Positions 1-9,779 of a stretch of 64,000 nt of DNA are shown one piece after another. The DNA is from a virus, in the IMG/VR virus record IMGVR_UViG_3300005836_000049, positions 4,734-68,733 of that record; one strand, 5' to 3'. The notes under the pieces are model-generated. The model made no database searches. It worked only from the letters and a program-made list of their open reading frames with translations, and was not told the DNA's origin. The first letter of the stretch is position 1; every line of letters starts with the position of its first letter. A program made the translations under genes and the position numbers.

Positions 1-80
1 CGCGCGCCTTCAATGCGAGGGACGCACAGTCTGACGGACCGCTCGATCATCGCATCTGGGCCTCGGGCCGCAAGCAGGGG

Positions 81-1367
81 GTGGAGATCACGTTCAAGGC
101 GATGACCAAGCTCAATGCTGCGGCTGACAGCGCCTACGCCGAGGTGGCCGAGGGGGTGCAGTTCCTGCGGCTCGGCGAGCTCACGAGCGCTCTGACCACT
201 TCGGGGACCGACCCGATCACCATCAACATCACGTGCACCCCGGACTCCCAGACCAGCATCCGTGAGGTCTTCGAGGACTTCCCGGCGGTCGCGACTCTGG
301 GCACGGACCTCAGCCAGCTGATCATGATCGGCAACGAGTTCCTCCTGGTCACCGGGGCGGCTGACAGCGGCGCCACCGTGAACCTCAGCACGGTATACCG
401 GGGTGTCCTGGACTCGACCCGTGAGGCCCACGCAGCGGGAACTCCGGTGTTCATCATCTCCGGAGGCGGTCTCGCGGGTGGCGTCTCTTTCGGCCCCTAC
501 GGACAGACCGATCAGATGGATGTCAAGCTGCGTCCGCGCTCGGGCACGGACACTGTGGCGACGGCGGACGCCAACGAAGAGAGCCTGACACTCAACCGGA
601 GATCGCGGCGCCCCTACCCTCCTGGTCGGGTCTCCATTGGTGGAACGGTCTGGAGCAGCACGGTCGCACTCGAGCAGCTGGGTGGCGGCGCCGAGGCCAC
701 CGGCTTCGCCTCCACTTGGATCCGGCGCGACTACCGGATTGCCGACCTCATCGCCAACGAGATCGATGCGCTGAGCACCGATGCCGGCACGACCTACGCC
801 GATTTCCCTGCTGCCAACACGACCACCTACACGGTGCGCCTGTACAACGACCCGGCGGGAGCCAACACCCTGCTACTCACCTACTCGAGTCTCAGCGCGG
901 TGTCTCAGAACCAGCTGCGCATCGCGATTCTCAAGGCCAACAGCGGGGTGCTGCCCACGACGTTGGCGATCGAGATCGAGGCCTCTCACACCGACGACGG
1001 TGATGTCCTGGCGGCGCGGCACATCCTCCGGCACATCTTCGCGGTGACCTCCGCCCTCACTGGGCAGTTCGCCTTCGGTGCTACCGCAGCCAGCGTAGCA
1101 TCGAACCTCTACACGGCGACGGTCAATGGCACCTACGCTTTCACCTTGTCCTCGGCGTTCACGGTAGGTGCTGTCCAGTACAGCCTGAACGCTGCAGCCT
1201 ACGTTGATCTCATTACGGCGGGGAACACCACTGGCAACATCGCCGGGGTGGTCGCCACCGACACCATCCGGGTCAGGCACAATTCCACCGACACCACGGT
1301 GACAAAGCAGCTTGACATGAACGCACCTGGGGCGGGCCAAGACGGCTTCGCGATTCTCTACACATGA
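81..1367 (+). CDS. Structural protein, fibre/receptor-binding-like (reading frame is open to the 5' window edge, so may be partial)
   Basis: 428-aa ORF rich in T/S/A/G/V beta-strand-like segments. The same frame has no stop upstream to position 3. Sits at the end of the structural module, before the boundary repeat. Confidence 0.5.
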   Translation: MEITFKAMTKLNAAADSAYAEVAEGVQFLRLGELTSALTTSGTDPITINITCTPDSQTSIREVFEDFPAVATLGTDLSQLIMIGNEFLLVTGAADSGATVNLSTVYRGVLDSTREAHAAGTPVFIISGGGLAGGVSFGPYGQTDQMDVKLRPRSGTDTVATADANEESLTLNRRSRRPYPPGRVSIGGTVWSSTVALEQLGGGAEATGFASTWIRRDYRIADLIANEIDALSTDAGTTYADFPAANTTTYTVRLYNDPAGANTLLLTYSSLSAVSQNQLRIAILKANSGVLPTTLAIEIEASHTDDGDVLAARHILRHIFAVTSALTGQFAFGATAASVASNLYTATVNGTYAFTLSSAFTVGAVQYSLNAAAYVDLITAGNTTGNIAGVVATDTIRVRHNSTDTTVTKQLDMNAPGAGQDGFAILYT

Positions 1368-1672
1368 TCAAGGCCGATGAACTTTCCAAGATGGCTCTCA
1401 CCGCGTGCTTGTCCGTCATCTTCACCGGCGCCACAGCGTGGATGGTGTTTGGTCAGGACAAGATCAGCCGGGACGAAGCCAGCGCCATGGTTGCCTCGTC
1501 GATCCTCAGCAACACGAGTGCGCTCGACCTGAGGATCAAGACCAACGAGTCCCTTGGCGCCGAGTTGAAGAGCAACCTCAGTGACCTGGTCAAGGCTCAG
1601 CAGGCGCTCGTCGTGGAGCAGCGGGTGCTGATCGAGCGGGTGAACCAACTGGTGGAACGACTCGGGAAGTGA
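1364..1672 (+). CDS. Small membrane-anchored coiled-coil protein
   Basis: ATGA overlap with the upstream gene. N-terminal hydrophobic helix (LTACLSVIFTGATAWMVF) followed by heptad-like segment. Confidence 0.45.
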   Translation: MIKADELSKMALTACLSVIFTGATAWMVFGQDKISRDEASAMVASSILSNTSALDLRIKTNESLGAELKSNLSDLVKAQQALVVEQRVLIERVNQLVERLGK

Positions 1673-1679
1673 CCCGAAT

Positions 1680-1984
1680 GTTACGGAACCGTTACTCTCT
1701 GGATCGCCATCACCCTCCAGTTCGAGGGTGCGCCCTCCAGATCGCGAGGGAGCCCAAGGACCAACCCAAGTGTGGGTTGCACTCCACTCCCTCCATACCC
1801 TCTCTATTAGGAGAGGGGGTAGTAGGAGAGAAGACTCTGGAGGGGGTTTCCGTCCCGGCACCCGCAACTGAAATCGAATGGAGCGAATGGAGGGTATGGA
1901 GGGTGCGCCCGTAACCTGTTGGGCCAACGAACATTCCGTGCCCTCCATTTCGTGAGGGTCACTCGATGCCCTTTGGAGGGCAAG
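1680..1984. repeat. Boundary inverted repeat copy A. About 305 bp and about 80% identical to the reverse complement of 39184-39490.
   Basis: Aligned by eye against the reverse complement of copy B. Long identical runs, e.g. ttgccctccaaagggca, accctcacgaaatggagggcac, ccagagtcttctct, agagggtatggagggagtggagt. Contains >6 CCCTCC/GGAGGG hairpin stems. Indels destroy any common reading frame. Confidence 0.8.
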
Positions 1985-2215
1985 TGAAAAGCATCCGCTG
2001 ATCAGCAATGGCCAGCGGGATCCTGTGTGAGGTGGGGGCAGCCCCGGTCAGCAATGATCGGGGCTGCTTTTCTCTCCGGCAGCCTAGCGCGAGGGGAGTG
2101 GTTCAGGGTACGCTTCGTTCTCTGGCGGGGATCGCGGGAATGGCTTCCCTCACGATCACCCAGGGGAGCCTGATCTGCGAGCGGTCAGGCTCCCCACTTT
2201 CCTCGAAGGAAGCTG

Positions 2216-3709
2216 TTGGAAGCCATGACCCATCCCTACAAGACCGAACCGTTCCGTCACCAGCGGTCCGAGTTCGATGCGACCAAGGATCGACCCTTCT
2301 GGGGTCTGTGGTGGGAGATGGGGGTCGCCAAGACCAAGGTGCTCATCGACACGGCAGCGCACCTGTGGCTCCACGGCAAGATCGACGGACTGATCATCAT
2401 GGGTCCGGAAGGCGTCCACACGCAGTGGATCGACGACGAGATCCCGTTGCACATGCCGCTGCTCGTCCAGGACAGCCTCGACACCTTCATCTGGCACACA
2501 TCGAAGTCTGGCAACAAGAGCTTCGAGAAGCGCTGGGACGAGTTCCTCGCGCGCGAGCGCTCGCGAGGTCTCAGCGTCATCGCCATGACCTACCACTCGT
2601 TGATGACCGAGAAGGGCGCGCAGTGCCTCAAGAAGTTCATCAAGGGTCGCCGATGCATGCTCGTGCTCGACGAGTCGACCGCCATCAAGACCCCCGGCAC
2701 CAAGACGACCAAGCGAGTTCGCGCCATGGCGAAGCTCGCGCCCTTCCGGCGCCTCGCGAACGGCACGCCGATCTCCGACTCTCCCTTCAACGCCTACTCG
2801 CAGATCCGCGCGCTGAACGAGTCTGCTTGGGCTCACCTGGGCATCACCGACTCCGCCGGGTTCCGCACCTACTTCGGAGTGTTCAAGCGAGTGAACCTCG
2901 ACGAGGGACGCGGGCACTTCGACCAGCTGGTGGCGTACAAGAACCTCGATGAGATGGCCAAGGTGGTCGCTGCCCACGGGTCCAGACTGCTCAAGGCGGA
3001 CGTCTTCCCCGACCTCCCTCCGAAGCTCTACAGTAAGCACTACTTCGAGTTGACGCCCAAGCAGCGCGCAGCGTACAACGACCTCAAGGAGGAGTTCAGA
3101 CACTGGCTCTCCTCAGGCGAACTGGTCACTGCCGAGTTGGCCATCGTGCGCATGACCCGGCTGCAGCAGATCACTTCCGGCTACCTGCCGGCGGACAACG
3201 AGGAAGAGCCCACGTGCTTGGTCGAGCCGGAGGACAACCCGCGCCTGCACCTGCTCCAAGAAGTCCTCGAGGAGGTGCCTGGCAAGGTCATCATCTGGGG
3301 GAAGTACGACATCGACGTCGACCTCATCGCGCGCGTCTGCCGCGAGAAGCTCAAGTGGGATGTTGTGACCTGGGATGGTCGCACCTCGCAGGAGGACAAG
3401 CGGACGGCCAAGTCGCGCTTCCTTGATCCCAAGGGACCGCGCGCCTTCATCAGCAAGGCGTCCTCGTCGGCCGCGCGCGGACTCAACCTCCAGGTGGCCA
3501 ACACGGTCGTCTACTACAACAACTCCTTCGTGCTGGACGATAGGCTTCAGTCCGAGGACAGAGCCCATCGTCCTGGCATCCATCACCCGGTCAAGTACAT
3601 CGACCTGATCGGCAAGGGGACCATCGACACTCACATAGTCGCCACACTCCGCGAGAAGCGTGAGATCGCAGCGAAAGTAACCGGAGATCAATTGGCCTCT
3701 TGGTTGTAG
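2216..3709 (+). CDS. Superfamily-2 helicase, SNF2/DEAD-DEAH-like
   Basis: Motif II LVLDEST. C-terminal helicase motifs (SKASSSAARGLNLQ...VVYYNNSF). 497 aa. SD-like ggaag upstream. Confidence 0.7.
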   Translation: MEAMTHPYKTEPFRHQRSEFDATKDRPFWGLWWEMGVAKTKVLIDTAAHLWLHGKIDGLIIMGPEGVHTQWIDDEIPLHMPLLVQDSLDTFIWHTSKSGNKSFEKRWDEFLARERSRGLSVIAMTYHSLMTEKGAQCLKKFIKGRRCMLVLDESTAIKTPGTKTTKRVRAMAKLAPFRRLANGTPISDSPFNAYSQIRALNESAWAHLGITDSAGFRTYFGVFKRVNLDEGRGHFDQLVAYKNLDEMAKVVAAHGSRLLKADVFPDLPPKLYSKHYFELTPKQRAAYNDLKEEFRHWLSSGELVTAELAIVRMTRLQQITSGYLPADNEEEPTCLVEPEDNPRLHLLQEVLEEVPGKVIIWGKYDIDVDLIARVCREKLKWDVVTWDGRTSQEDKRTAKSRFLDPKGPRAFISKASSSAARGLNLQVANTVVYYNNSFVLDDRLQSEDRAHRPGIHHPVKYIDLIGKGTIDTHIVATLREKREIAAKVTGDQLASWL

Positions 3710-3806
3710 ACAAGGTACGATAGAGGCGCTCCCCAGGATCAACAGCCCGGAGTAGCATAAATGGGACGGCAGGCCTGGTCGCCGTCTTCCACCACCCAGG
3801 AAGCCA

Positions 3807-4385
3807 ATGACAGACGCATCAGACTACGCAGCGTTCGCAGGAGCCGCGCCGACCTCGGAAGCGCTCACCAACCTCGGCAAGGCAGCGAAGCAACTGTTCG
3901 ACGCGGAGACCGAAGTTCTTCGCTGCGAGGCCGAACTCAAGACAGCGCAGAAGCGCGTGGATGATCTTTCGGAGCACATCATCCCGAGTCTCATGACCGA
4001 GGCGGGTCTGAGGGAGATCAAGCTCGCCAACGGCACCAAGCTGAAGGTCACGGACATGCTGACCATCGGCAGCGTGACCAAGAGCCCCGAGGTCCTGGCG
4101 TGGCTCGAGAAGACGAACAACGGCGGCTTGATCAAGCGCAACGTGACCGTGATCCTGGGCAAGGATCCGGAGCGCGAGAAGGCGCTGCTCGCCGAGTTGG
4201 AGTCGGAAGGGTTCAAGGACGTCTCGAGCTTGCGCTGGGTCGAGTCTCAGACGCTCAAGGCACACGTCAAGAAGCTCTTGGAGGCTGGCGCCGAAGTCGA
4301 CATGAACATGCTCGGCGTCCGTCAGTTCAAGAAAGCAGAAATCACCGGGAAGCCCAAGGACGGCTCCTCGGCGTTCGGGGAGTGA
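3807..4385 (+). CDS. Hypothetical coiled-coil protein (Siphovirus Gp157-like placement next to recombination/SSB-like gene)
   Basis: 192 aa, strongly alpha-helical/charged. SD caggaagcc before ATG. Confidence 0.45.
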   Translation: MTDASDYAAFAGAAPTSEALTNLGKAAKQLFDAETEVLRCEAELKTAQKRVDDLSEHIIPSLMTEAGLREIKLANGTKLKVTDMLTIGSVTKSPEVLAWLEKTNNGGLIKRNVTVILGKDPEREKALLAELESEGFKDVSSLRWVESQTLKAHVKKLLEAGAEVDMNMLGVRQFKKAEITGKPKDGSSAFGE

Positions 4386-4453
4386 TCCCCGCGCCCCTTG
4401 GGCTGGAGGGCGTCAAAGTGTCCGGCACCAATCAACGTCACAAGGAAACTCAC

Positions 4454-5281
4454 ATGGCAACGCAGAGGAAGACAACCACGGAAGTGGCCGTGCCCACGAA
4501 GAGCACGGCGATCGCGATCCCCGACTACGGCGCGAAAGCCGGACTCGGCTGGGAGAACACCGACAAGTCGGACTTCCAGATCCCGTTCCTGAACCAACTG
4601 CAGTCGAACAGTCCGCAGTGCACCAAGGGAGAGCCGCAGTACGATGCCAAGTACGACCCCGGCATGTTCCTGAACTCGAGCACGCTGGACTTGTACCCGG
4701 ATGCGGTGTACCTGCTCATCGGGCTCACCAAGCACTCGTACGTCGAGTGGCGTCCGGGTGGCGGCAGCTTCGTCGCAGAGCACGAGGTCCTGTCGGACGT
4801 CGTGACCAAGGCGAAGGAGAAGACCGAGAACCAACTGGAGCTCAAGTCGGAAGCCGGAAACGAACTCCAGGAGACCTACCAGGTGTTCGCCATCCTCTGC
4901 AACGAGGACTTCACCGAGGTCGAAGGTCAGGTCGTGTTCAGCTTCTCGCGCACCAAGATCAAGCGCTACAAGCAGATCATGACGCGTCTGCGCACGTTCA
5001 AGGGGAGCGACAAGATCCCGACGTTCGCGCACCGCATCAAGATGGTCTCGACCTCCGAGAAGAACCCGGAAGGCAAGCCCTACAAGAACGTCTCGCTGAT
5101 CCCGGCGATCAACAACGACGTCGCGCAGAGCCTGCTCCCGGCCGACTCGCCTCTCCTGGAGGTCGCCAACGGTCTCCGTGAAGCGATCATCGGCGGCGCG
5201 GCCAGGGCGAACTTCGAGACGGCGGCTCCGGCTGCCGCAGGCACTTCCGAAGAAGGCGGAGACGGCGTCTTCGCCGACTGA
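4454..5281 (+). CDS. Putative ssDNA-binding / recombination protein with acidic C-terminal tail
   Basis: SD aaggaa 9 nt before ATG 4454. C-terminus EEGGDGVFAD resembles acidic-aromatic tails of phage SSB/annealing proteins. Confidence 0.4.
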   Translation: MATQRKTTTEVAVPTKSTAIAIPDYGAKAGLGWENTDKSDFQIPFLNQLQSNSPQCTKGEPQYDAKYDPGMFLNSSTLDLYPDAVYLLIGLTKHSYVEWRPGGGSFVAEHEVLSDVVTKAKEKTENQLELKSEAGNELQETYQVFAILCNEDFTEVEGQVVFSFSRTKIKRYKQIMTRLRTFKGSDKIPTFAHRIKMVSTSEKNPEGKPYKNVSLIPAINNDVAQSLLPADSPLLEVANGLREAIIGGAARANFETAAPAAAGTSEEGGDGVFAD

Positions 5282-5347
5282 TCTGAACGCAGTGCAGCTG
5301 CCACGGTCAAGGGGACGATAGCTGTACTCTCCAAGAGGGCGATACCT

Positions 5348-5386
5348 GGAACCCGAGGCCTGACCTTGACCCGTGCCTCGGGTTCC
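5348..5386 (+). terminator. 12-bp perfect stem hairpin (ggaacccgaggc / gcctcgggttcc), weakly U-rich tail
   Basis: Inverted repeat read directly. Followed by tcttcaatc. Lies between 4454-5281 and the helicase start at 5399. Confidence 0.3.
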
Positions 5387-5398
5387 TCTTCAATCAAC

Positions 5399-6640
5399 AT
5401 GGAAGCAACTACACTCTCCTGGTCGCCGCAGCAGACCGCAGCGCTTGATGCGGTGCGCGTCTGGCTGGAGAACCGCGCGTGCGGCAGGGACAAGCGCCAG
5501 TGCTTCTACCTCGCAGGGTACGCTGGCTCCGGCAAGACGACCCTCGCGCGCGAGTTCGCGAAGGCGCTCCCTGGGCAGGTCGAATTCGCGGCCTTCACTG
5601 GCAAGGCAGCCAACGTCCTCCGGACGAAGGGTTGCGACCGGGCGCGCACCATCCACTCCCTGATCTACATCCCGGTCAGCAAGTCTCGCGCGCACGCGGA
5701 GGAGCTTCGCAACCTGATCGAGGAGGCGAGAGCCGAAGGCAATCGCGCTGCAGTCGATAGGCTCGAGGTCGATCTCGCCGAGGCGATGGAGCAGCTGCGG
5801 CGCCCGTCCTGGTGCGTCAACCCGGACAGCGACCTGAATGCGGCCGACCTCCTCATCGTCGATGAGGTGTCTATGGTCGACGAGCGCATGGGGGAAGACC
5901 TCTGCTCCTTCGGGATCCCGATCCTCGTGTTGGGCGACCCTGCCCAGCTGCCTCCGGTCGCGGCCAGCCAAGGGTACTTCACCCGCAACGAGCCGGACTT
6001 CATGCTGACCGAGGTTCACCGGCAGGCCCAAGGGTCGCCGGTCCTCAAGCTGGCAACGATCATTCGGAAGGGCGGCACGCTCGACCTGGGCACCTACGGT
6101 TCGTCGGCGGTTGTCGAGCGCAAGACGATCAAGGTCGGCGAGGCGATTGAGAACTTCGACCAGATCATCTGCGGTCGCAACGCAACCCGGCACGCCATCA
6201 ACAAGGCGGTGAGGGAGTTCTGCGGTCAGCAGGGGAAGCTCCCGATGGTCGGAGAGAAGCTGATCTGCTTGCGCAACGATAGGGACTCCGAGTTGCTCAA
6301 CGGATCGTTCTGGGAAGTGTTGAGCGTGCTCGAGGAGGACGATGGCGACACGCTGCGCTTGGTCATCAACTCCCTGGACGAGGGCGGCGCCGGCAATCGG
6401 TTCGTGACCGCCTGGCGCCACCACTTCGAAGGGCGCACAGATCAGTTGTCACCGTGGCGCATTCGCGACCACATGGAGTTCGACTTCGGCTACGCAATCA
6501 CCTGCCACAAGGCGCAGGGATCACAGTGGCCAAGGGTCCTGGTGTACGATGAGTCGGCGATCGCGCGTGCCGACCGGAGCAAATGGCTGTACACAGCCTT
6601 GACGCGCGCCTCCGACTCCGTTACCGTAGTGCAACAATGA
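5399..6640 (+). CDS. RecD/Dda-like SF1 DNA helicase
   Basis: Walker A GYAGSGKTT. LIVDEVSMV (motif II). C-terminal ITCHKAQGSQW typical of RecD/TraA-family helicases. Confidence 0.7.
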   Translation: MEATTLSWSPQQTAALDAVRVWLENRACGRDKRQCFYLAGYAGSGKTTLAREFAKALPGQVEFAAFTGKAANVLRTKGCDRARTIHSLIYIPVSKSRAHAEELRNLIEEARAEGNRAAVDRLEVDLAEAMEQLRRPSWCVNPDSDLNAADLLIVDEVSMVDERMGEDLCSFGIPILVLGDPAQLPPVAASQGYFTRNEPDFMLTEVHRQAQGSPVLKLATIIRKGGTLDLGTYGSSAVVERKTIKVGEAIENFDQIICGRNATRHAINKAVREFCGQQGKLPMVGEKLICLRNDRDSELLNGSFWEVLSVLEEDDGDTLRLVINSLDEGGAGNRFVTAWRHHFEGRTDQLSPWRIRDHMEFDFGYAITCHKAQGSQWPRVLVYDESAIARADRSKWLYTALTRASDSVTVVQQ

Positions 6641-8373
6641 TCGGACCCCAACTCCCGTTCTCGGACCGTCTCCACGCCTCCAAGTACCGCAGCCCGGGGG
6701 AGTCCTTCGGGGAGTCTCAGGACAGAGTGGCTTCGGCCCTCACCACGAACTCTCCGCAGTACCAGGCCACTCGCGAGATCATGCGCGCGATGCGCTTCAT
6801 GGCTGGCGGGCGGGTCCAGAGCGCTGCTGGTGCTCCGAAGCTCGTGACCCCCTACAACTGCTTCGTCTCCGGGACGATCGCAGACTCGTTCGTCCATGGT
6901 GAGGGTTCCATCATGGCGCGAGCCACCGAGGCAGCGGCCACGATGCGGATGGGAGGAGGGATCGGCTACGACTTCAGCACGCTCCGTCCGCGCGGCGCCA
7001 CCATCAAGAAGCTCGGAAGCACGTCATCTGGTCCGGTCGCCTTCATGGACATCTTCAACGCTGTCTGCCACTGCACAGCATCGTCGGGGAACCGGCGCGG
7101 CGCGCAGATGGGCGTGCTGAGAGTGGACCACCCCGACATCGTGGAGTTCATCCAGGCCAAGCAGAACCCCGACCGCCTGACCGGCTTCAACGTCTCGGTC
7201 GCGGTCACAGACGAGTTCATGAAGGCAGTGAGGAACGGCGCCACCTTCGCGCTCCGGTTCGGCGGTGAGGTCTGGGAGGAGATCGAAGCGCGACCGCTCT
7301 GGGAGATGATCATGCGCTCGACCTACCATTGGGCTGAGCCGGGGGTGCTGTTCATCGACCGCATCAACGAGATGAACAACCTCCACTACTGCGAGACGAT
7401 CAGCGCAACCAACCCGTGCGGCGAGCAACCTTTGCCTCCGTTCGGCGCCTGCCTGCTGGGCAGCTTCAACCTGACCAAGTACATGGAGCTTGGTTGTGGC
7501 CCAATGGGATCCGGCCAGTGGACGCGGGACTTCGACATGCTGAAGTTCGGACAGGACATCCCGCTGATCGTGCGAGCGATGGACCGAGTCGTGGACATCG
7601 CGCACTTCCCACTGATGGAGCAGAAGGAGGAGGCGCTGTCGAAGCGGCGCATGGGGTTGGGCATCACGGGCCTCGCCAACGCGGGCGAGGCCATGGGCCT
7701 ACCCTACGGCAGTCCGGAGTTCCTCGAGTTCGAGGCGCTCGTGCTCGGTGTTCTGCGCGACGAAGCGTACCGTGCTTCCGCACTGCTGGCCCAGGACCTC
7801 GGTCCGTTCCCCTTGTTCAAGCGCGATGAGTTCCTCGACGGGAAGTTCGCGGGCACGCTCAGCCCCGACGTCCGTGACCTCATCGCTCAGCATGGCATCC
7901 GGAACTCGCACCTGCTCTCGATCGCTCCGACCGGCACTATCAGTCTCTGCGCGGACAACGTGTCGTCCGGAATCGAGCCGGTCTTCAGCTACAAGACCAA
8001 CCGCATCGTCAAGACCACCGAGGGCGAAGAGACCCACGAGTTGGAGGACTACGGTGTGCGCGTGTTCGGCGTCCACGGCAAGCGCGCGGAGGAGGTCAGC
8101 CCGGCGGAGCACACCAACGTGCTCGCGGTGGCTCAGCAGTACGTCGACAGTTCGGTCTCCAAGACCATCAACCTCCCGAAGGACATCGAGTGGGAGGCGT
8201 TCAAGGACGTCTATATGTCGGCGTGGGACATGAGTTGCAAGGGGTGCACCACCTACCGGCCTGGCAAGCGCGGCGCCGTCCTGACCTCGGCCGACGACGA
8301 CCTCGTCAAGCGCGAGGTCGCTGGCAAGTCCTGCGAGATCGACCCGGTGACCGGAAGGATGAATTGCGAATGA
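6637..8373 (+). CDS. nrdJ: Class II (adenosylcobalamin-dependent) ribonucleotide reductase
   Basis: ATGA overlap with the helicase. Catalytic-site signature SATNPCGEQPL. GGGIGYDFSTLRPRG. PVAFMDIFNAVC. Confidence 0.8.
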   Translation: MIGPQLPFSDRLHASKYRSPGESFGESQDRVASALTTNSPQYQATREIMRAMRFMAGGRVQSAAGAPKLVTPYNCFVSGTIADSFVHGEGSIMARATEAAATMRMGGGIGYDFSTLRPRGATIKKLGSTSSGPVAFMDIFNAVCHCTASSGNRRGAQMGVLRVDHPDIVEFIQAKQNPDRLTGFNVSVAVTDEFMKAVRNGATFALRFGGEVWEEIEARPLWEMIMRSTYHWAEPGVLFIDRINEMNNLHYCETISATNPCGEQPLPPFGACLLGSFNLTKYMELGCGPMGSGQWTRDFDMLKFGQDIPLIVRAMDRVVDIAHFPLMEQKEEALSKRRMGLGITGLANAGEAMGLPYGSPEFLEFEALVLGVLRDEAYRASALLAQDLGPFPLFKRDEFLDGKFAGTLSPDVRDLIAQHGIRNSHLLSIAPTGTISLCADNVSSGIEPVFSYKTNRIVKTTEGEETHELEDYGVRVFGVHGKRAEEVSPAEHTNVLAVAQQYVDSSVSKTINLPKDIEWEAFKDVYMSAWDMSCKGCTTYRPGKRGAVLTSADDDLVKREVAGKSCEIDPVTGRMNCE

Positions 8374-8439
8374 TCAACCCTTCCCTCCGCTAGGAGGGTA
8401 GGATTGATCGCGGGCGCTCGCTGTGCCCTGAAGGAAGCC

Positions 8440-9294
8440 ATGAGACTCGCCTACACTCCGCTCAGCATCGAGGACTTCGGTCGGCATCTGCTGACCTCGC
8501 AGGACCTGGATCCCATCTACGTGGCCTTGGTGGGGGCCAAGTTCGAGCCCAGGGTGCTCCGCCGGTGGCTGATGGTCTACTGGTGCTGCTACGACGCCGG
8601 GGTCAGCTGCTACATTGCAGAGGCGTCCTCCAACGAGGAGTTCTGGCGCCGGATGCTGACCATGGCGGCCAATGGCCTACCCTCTCCCCTCGGTGGGCGC
8701 TGGCGCCGCGCGGCGGAGCGCCGACATTGGCGCGGGGCGAACGCGGCAAGGTCCCTAGCCGACCTAGAGACACGCTACGCCAACGACCCCGAGGCCATGG
8801 CGGACTACTGCGCGCGCGGCGCGGATCTCACCTCAGCATCCTTCCGGGTGCCCTGCGCCGACATCATGAAGCGCGCGCAGGAGCACATCGGGTTCGGCCC
8901 CTGGATCGCCTTCAAGATCGCCGACATGAGCGAGCGGGTGCTCAAGTACCCCACCTCGTTCGACAAGGCCGAGGTCTTCATGTTCAAGGATCCGATGCTC
9001 GCGGCTCGCATGGCGTTCGCAGACCACAACAACACTCATGCCGAGACGACCGAGAAGGCGGTCGCCTGGGCCATCCAGCACCTGGCCAACGAGTTCAAGG
9101 ACATGCCGGCGCCCCCTGGTTGGGACCGCCCGGTCGGGCTGCAGGAGATCGAGACCATCCTGTGCAAGTGGAAGTCGCACGTCAACGGCCACTACCCTCT
9201 CAACAAGGACCTCATCGAGATCCGCCACCATCTGGAACCCTGGAAGCGCTTCTCGTTGTTGGCGCGCGCGTTCGGGAGCGCTCTGCCGGCATGA
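8440..9294 (+). CDS. aGPT-Pplase-like protein 1 (candidate DNA base amino-acid/polyamine transferase)
   Basis: Strong SD gaaggaag before ATG 8440. Shares G-x-[FG]-x-x-A-[FY]-[KQ]-I-x-x-D-[ML] motif (GFGPWIAFKIADM) with the paralog at 13295-14170. Assignment rests on operon context; the pathway is set out under the 8440-16456 finding. Confidence 0.4.
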   Translation: MRLAYTPLSIEDFGRHLLTSQDLDPIYVALVGAKFEPRVLRRWLMVYWCCYDAGVSCYIAEASSNEEFWRRMLTMAANGLPSPLGGRWRRAAERRHWRGANAARSLADLETRYANDPEAMADYCARGADLTSASFRVPCADIMKRAQEHIGFGPWIAFKIADMSERVLKYPTSFDKAEVFMFKDPMLAARMAFADHNNTHAETTEKAVAWAIQHLANEFKDMPAPPGWDRPVGLQEIETILCKWKSHVNGHYPLNKDLIEIRHHLEPWKRFSLLARAFGSALPA

Positions 9295-9779
9295 GGCGCA
9301 TCCTCAAGAATCGGGTCACGACCAAGGTCCGCACCTGGATGTTCTGGTGGTGGATGGAGATCGACGGGCGAAAGCCGGGGGTCAAGTACCTCACGCGGCT
9401 GTACGTGCTCAACACTCCGCTCTTCGGGATCAAGCTCCACTGGTTCCACGCTCCGGATCCCGACGAGCACTGCCACGACCACCCGTGGGCCTTCCTCAGC
9501 CTCATCCTCAAGGGAGGCTACACCGAGCGTCGCGAGTGGTTCTTGCGCGGTGTCCTCATGAGACAGACCGTCAAGACTCGAGGGCGCGGCACGCTTGCCT
9601 TCCGTCGCGCGAATGCGGTGCATCGCATCGAGCACATCCAGTACGGAACCATGACGCTGATCGTCAACGGACCCGTCACACGGGTCTGGGGGTTCTGGAG
9701 CCGTGAGCACGGAATGTCCTTCAAGTTCGTTCCATGGCGCACCTACCTCGGGGTCCCCGAAGTCACGGAGGAAGTGTGA
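9291..9779 (+). CDS. Hypothetical protein with HCHDHPW motif (possible metal-binding/cupin-like)
   Basis: ATGA overlap. 162 aa. His-rich motif HFHAPDPDEHCHDHPW. Confidence 0.4.
   Translation: MRRILKNRVTTKVRTWMFWWWMEIDGRKPGVKYLTRLYVLNTPLFGIKLHWFHAPDPDEHCHDHPWAFLSLILKGGYTERREWFLRGVLMRQTVKTRGRGTLAFRRANAVHRIEHIQYGTMTLIVNGPVTRVWGFWSREHGMSFKFVPWRTYLGVPEVTEEV

Noticed and set aside
1358-2008. 216-aa minus-strand ORF (and the 81-aa + ORF 1669-1914) covering boundary repeat A, plus the 117-aa ORF 39124-39477 over repeat B, which share the peptide HPHEMEGTE...APSIPSIR
   Set aside because: The shared peptide is a by-product of the nucleotide repeat. Alignment of the two copies needs several non-triplet indels, after which the translations diverge completely. 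Both lie in intergenic gaps of a uniformly + strand genome, with no SD or start context.
2156-3103. Long antisense ORFs opposite confirmed genes (e.g. 2156-3103, 5390-6424, 10531-11844, 14763-15974, 21114-22493, 54497-56371, 61637-62695)
   Set aside because: Typical shadow ORFs of a 65%-GC genome (stop-codon-poor antisense frames). Their translations are Arg/Ala/Gly/Val-rich low-complexity. Each is fully covered by a + strand gene with recognisable motifs and coupled starts.
5365-5393. Sigma70-like promoter TTGACC-N17-TTCAAT inside the 5348-5386 hairpin
   Set aside because: The -10 would end only 5 nt before ATG 5399. The element is more simply explained as the loop and 3' arm of the hairpin, and the -10 match is weak (4/6).
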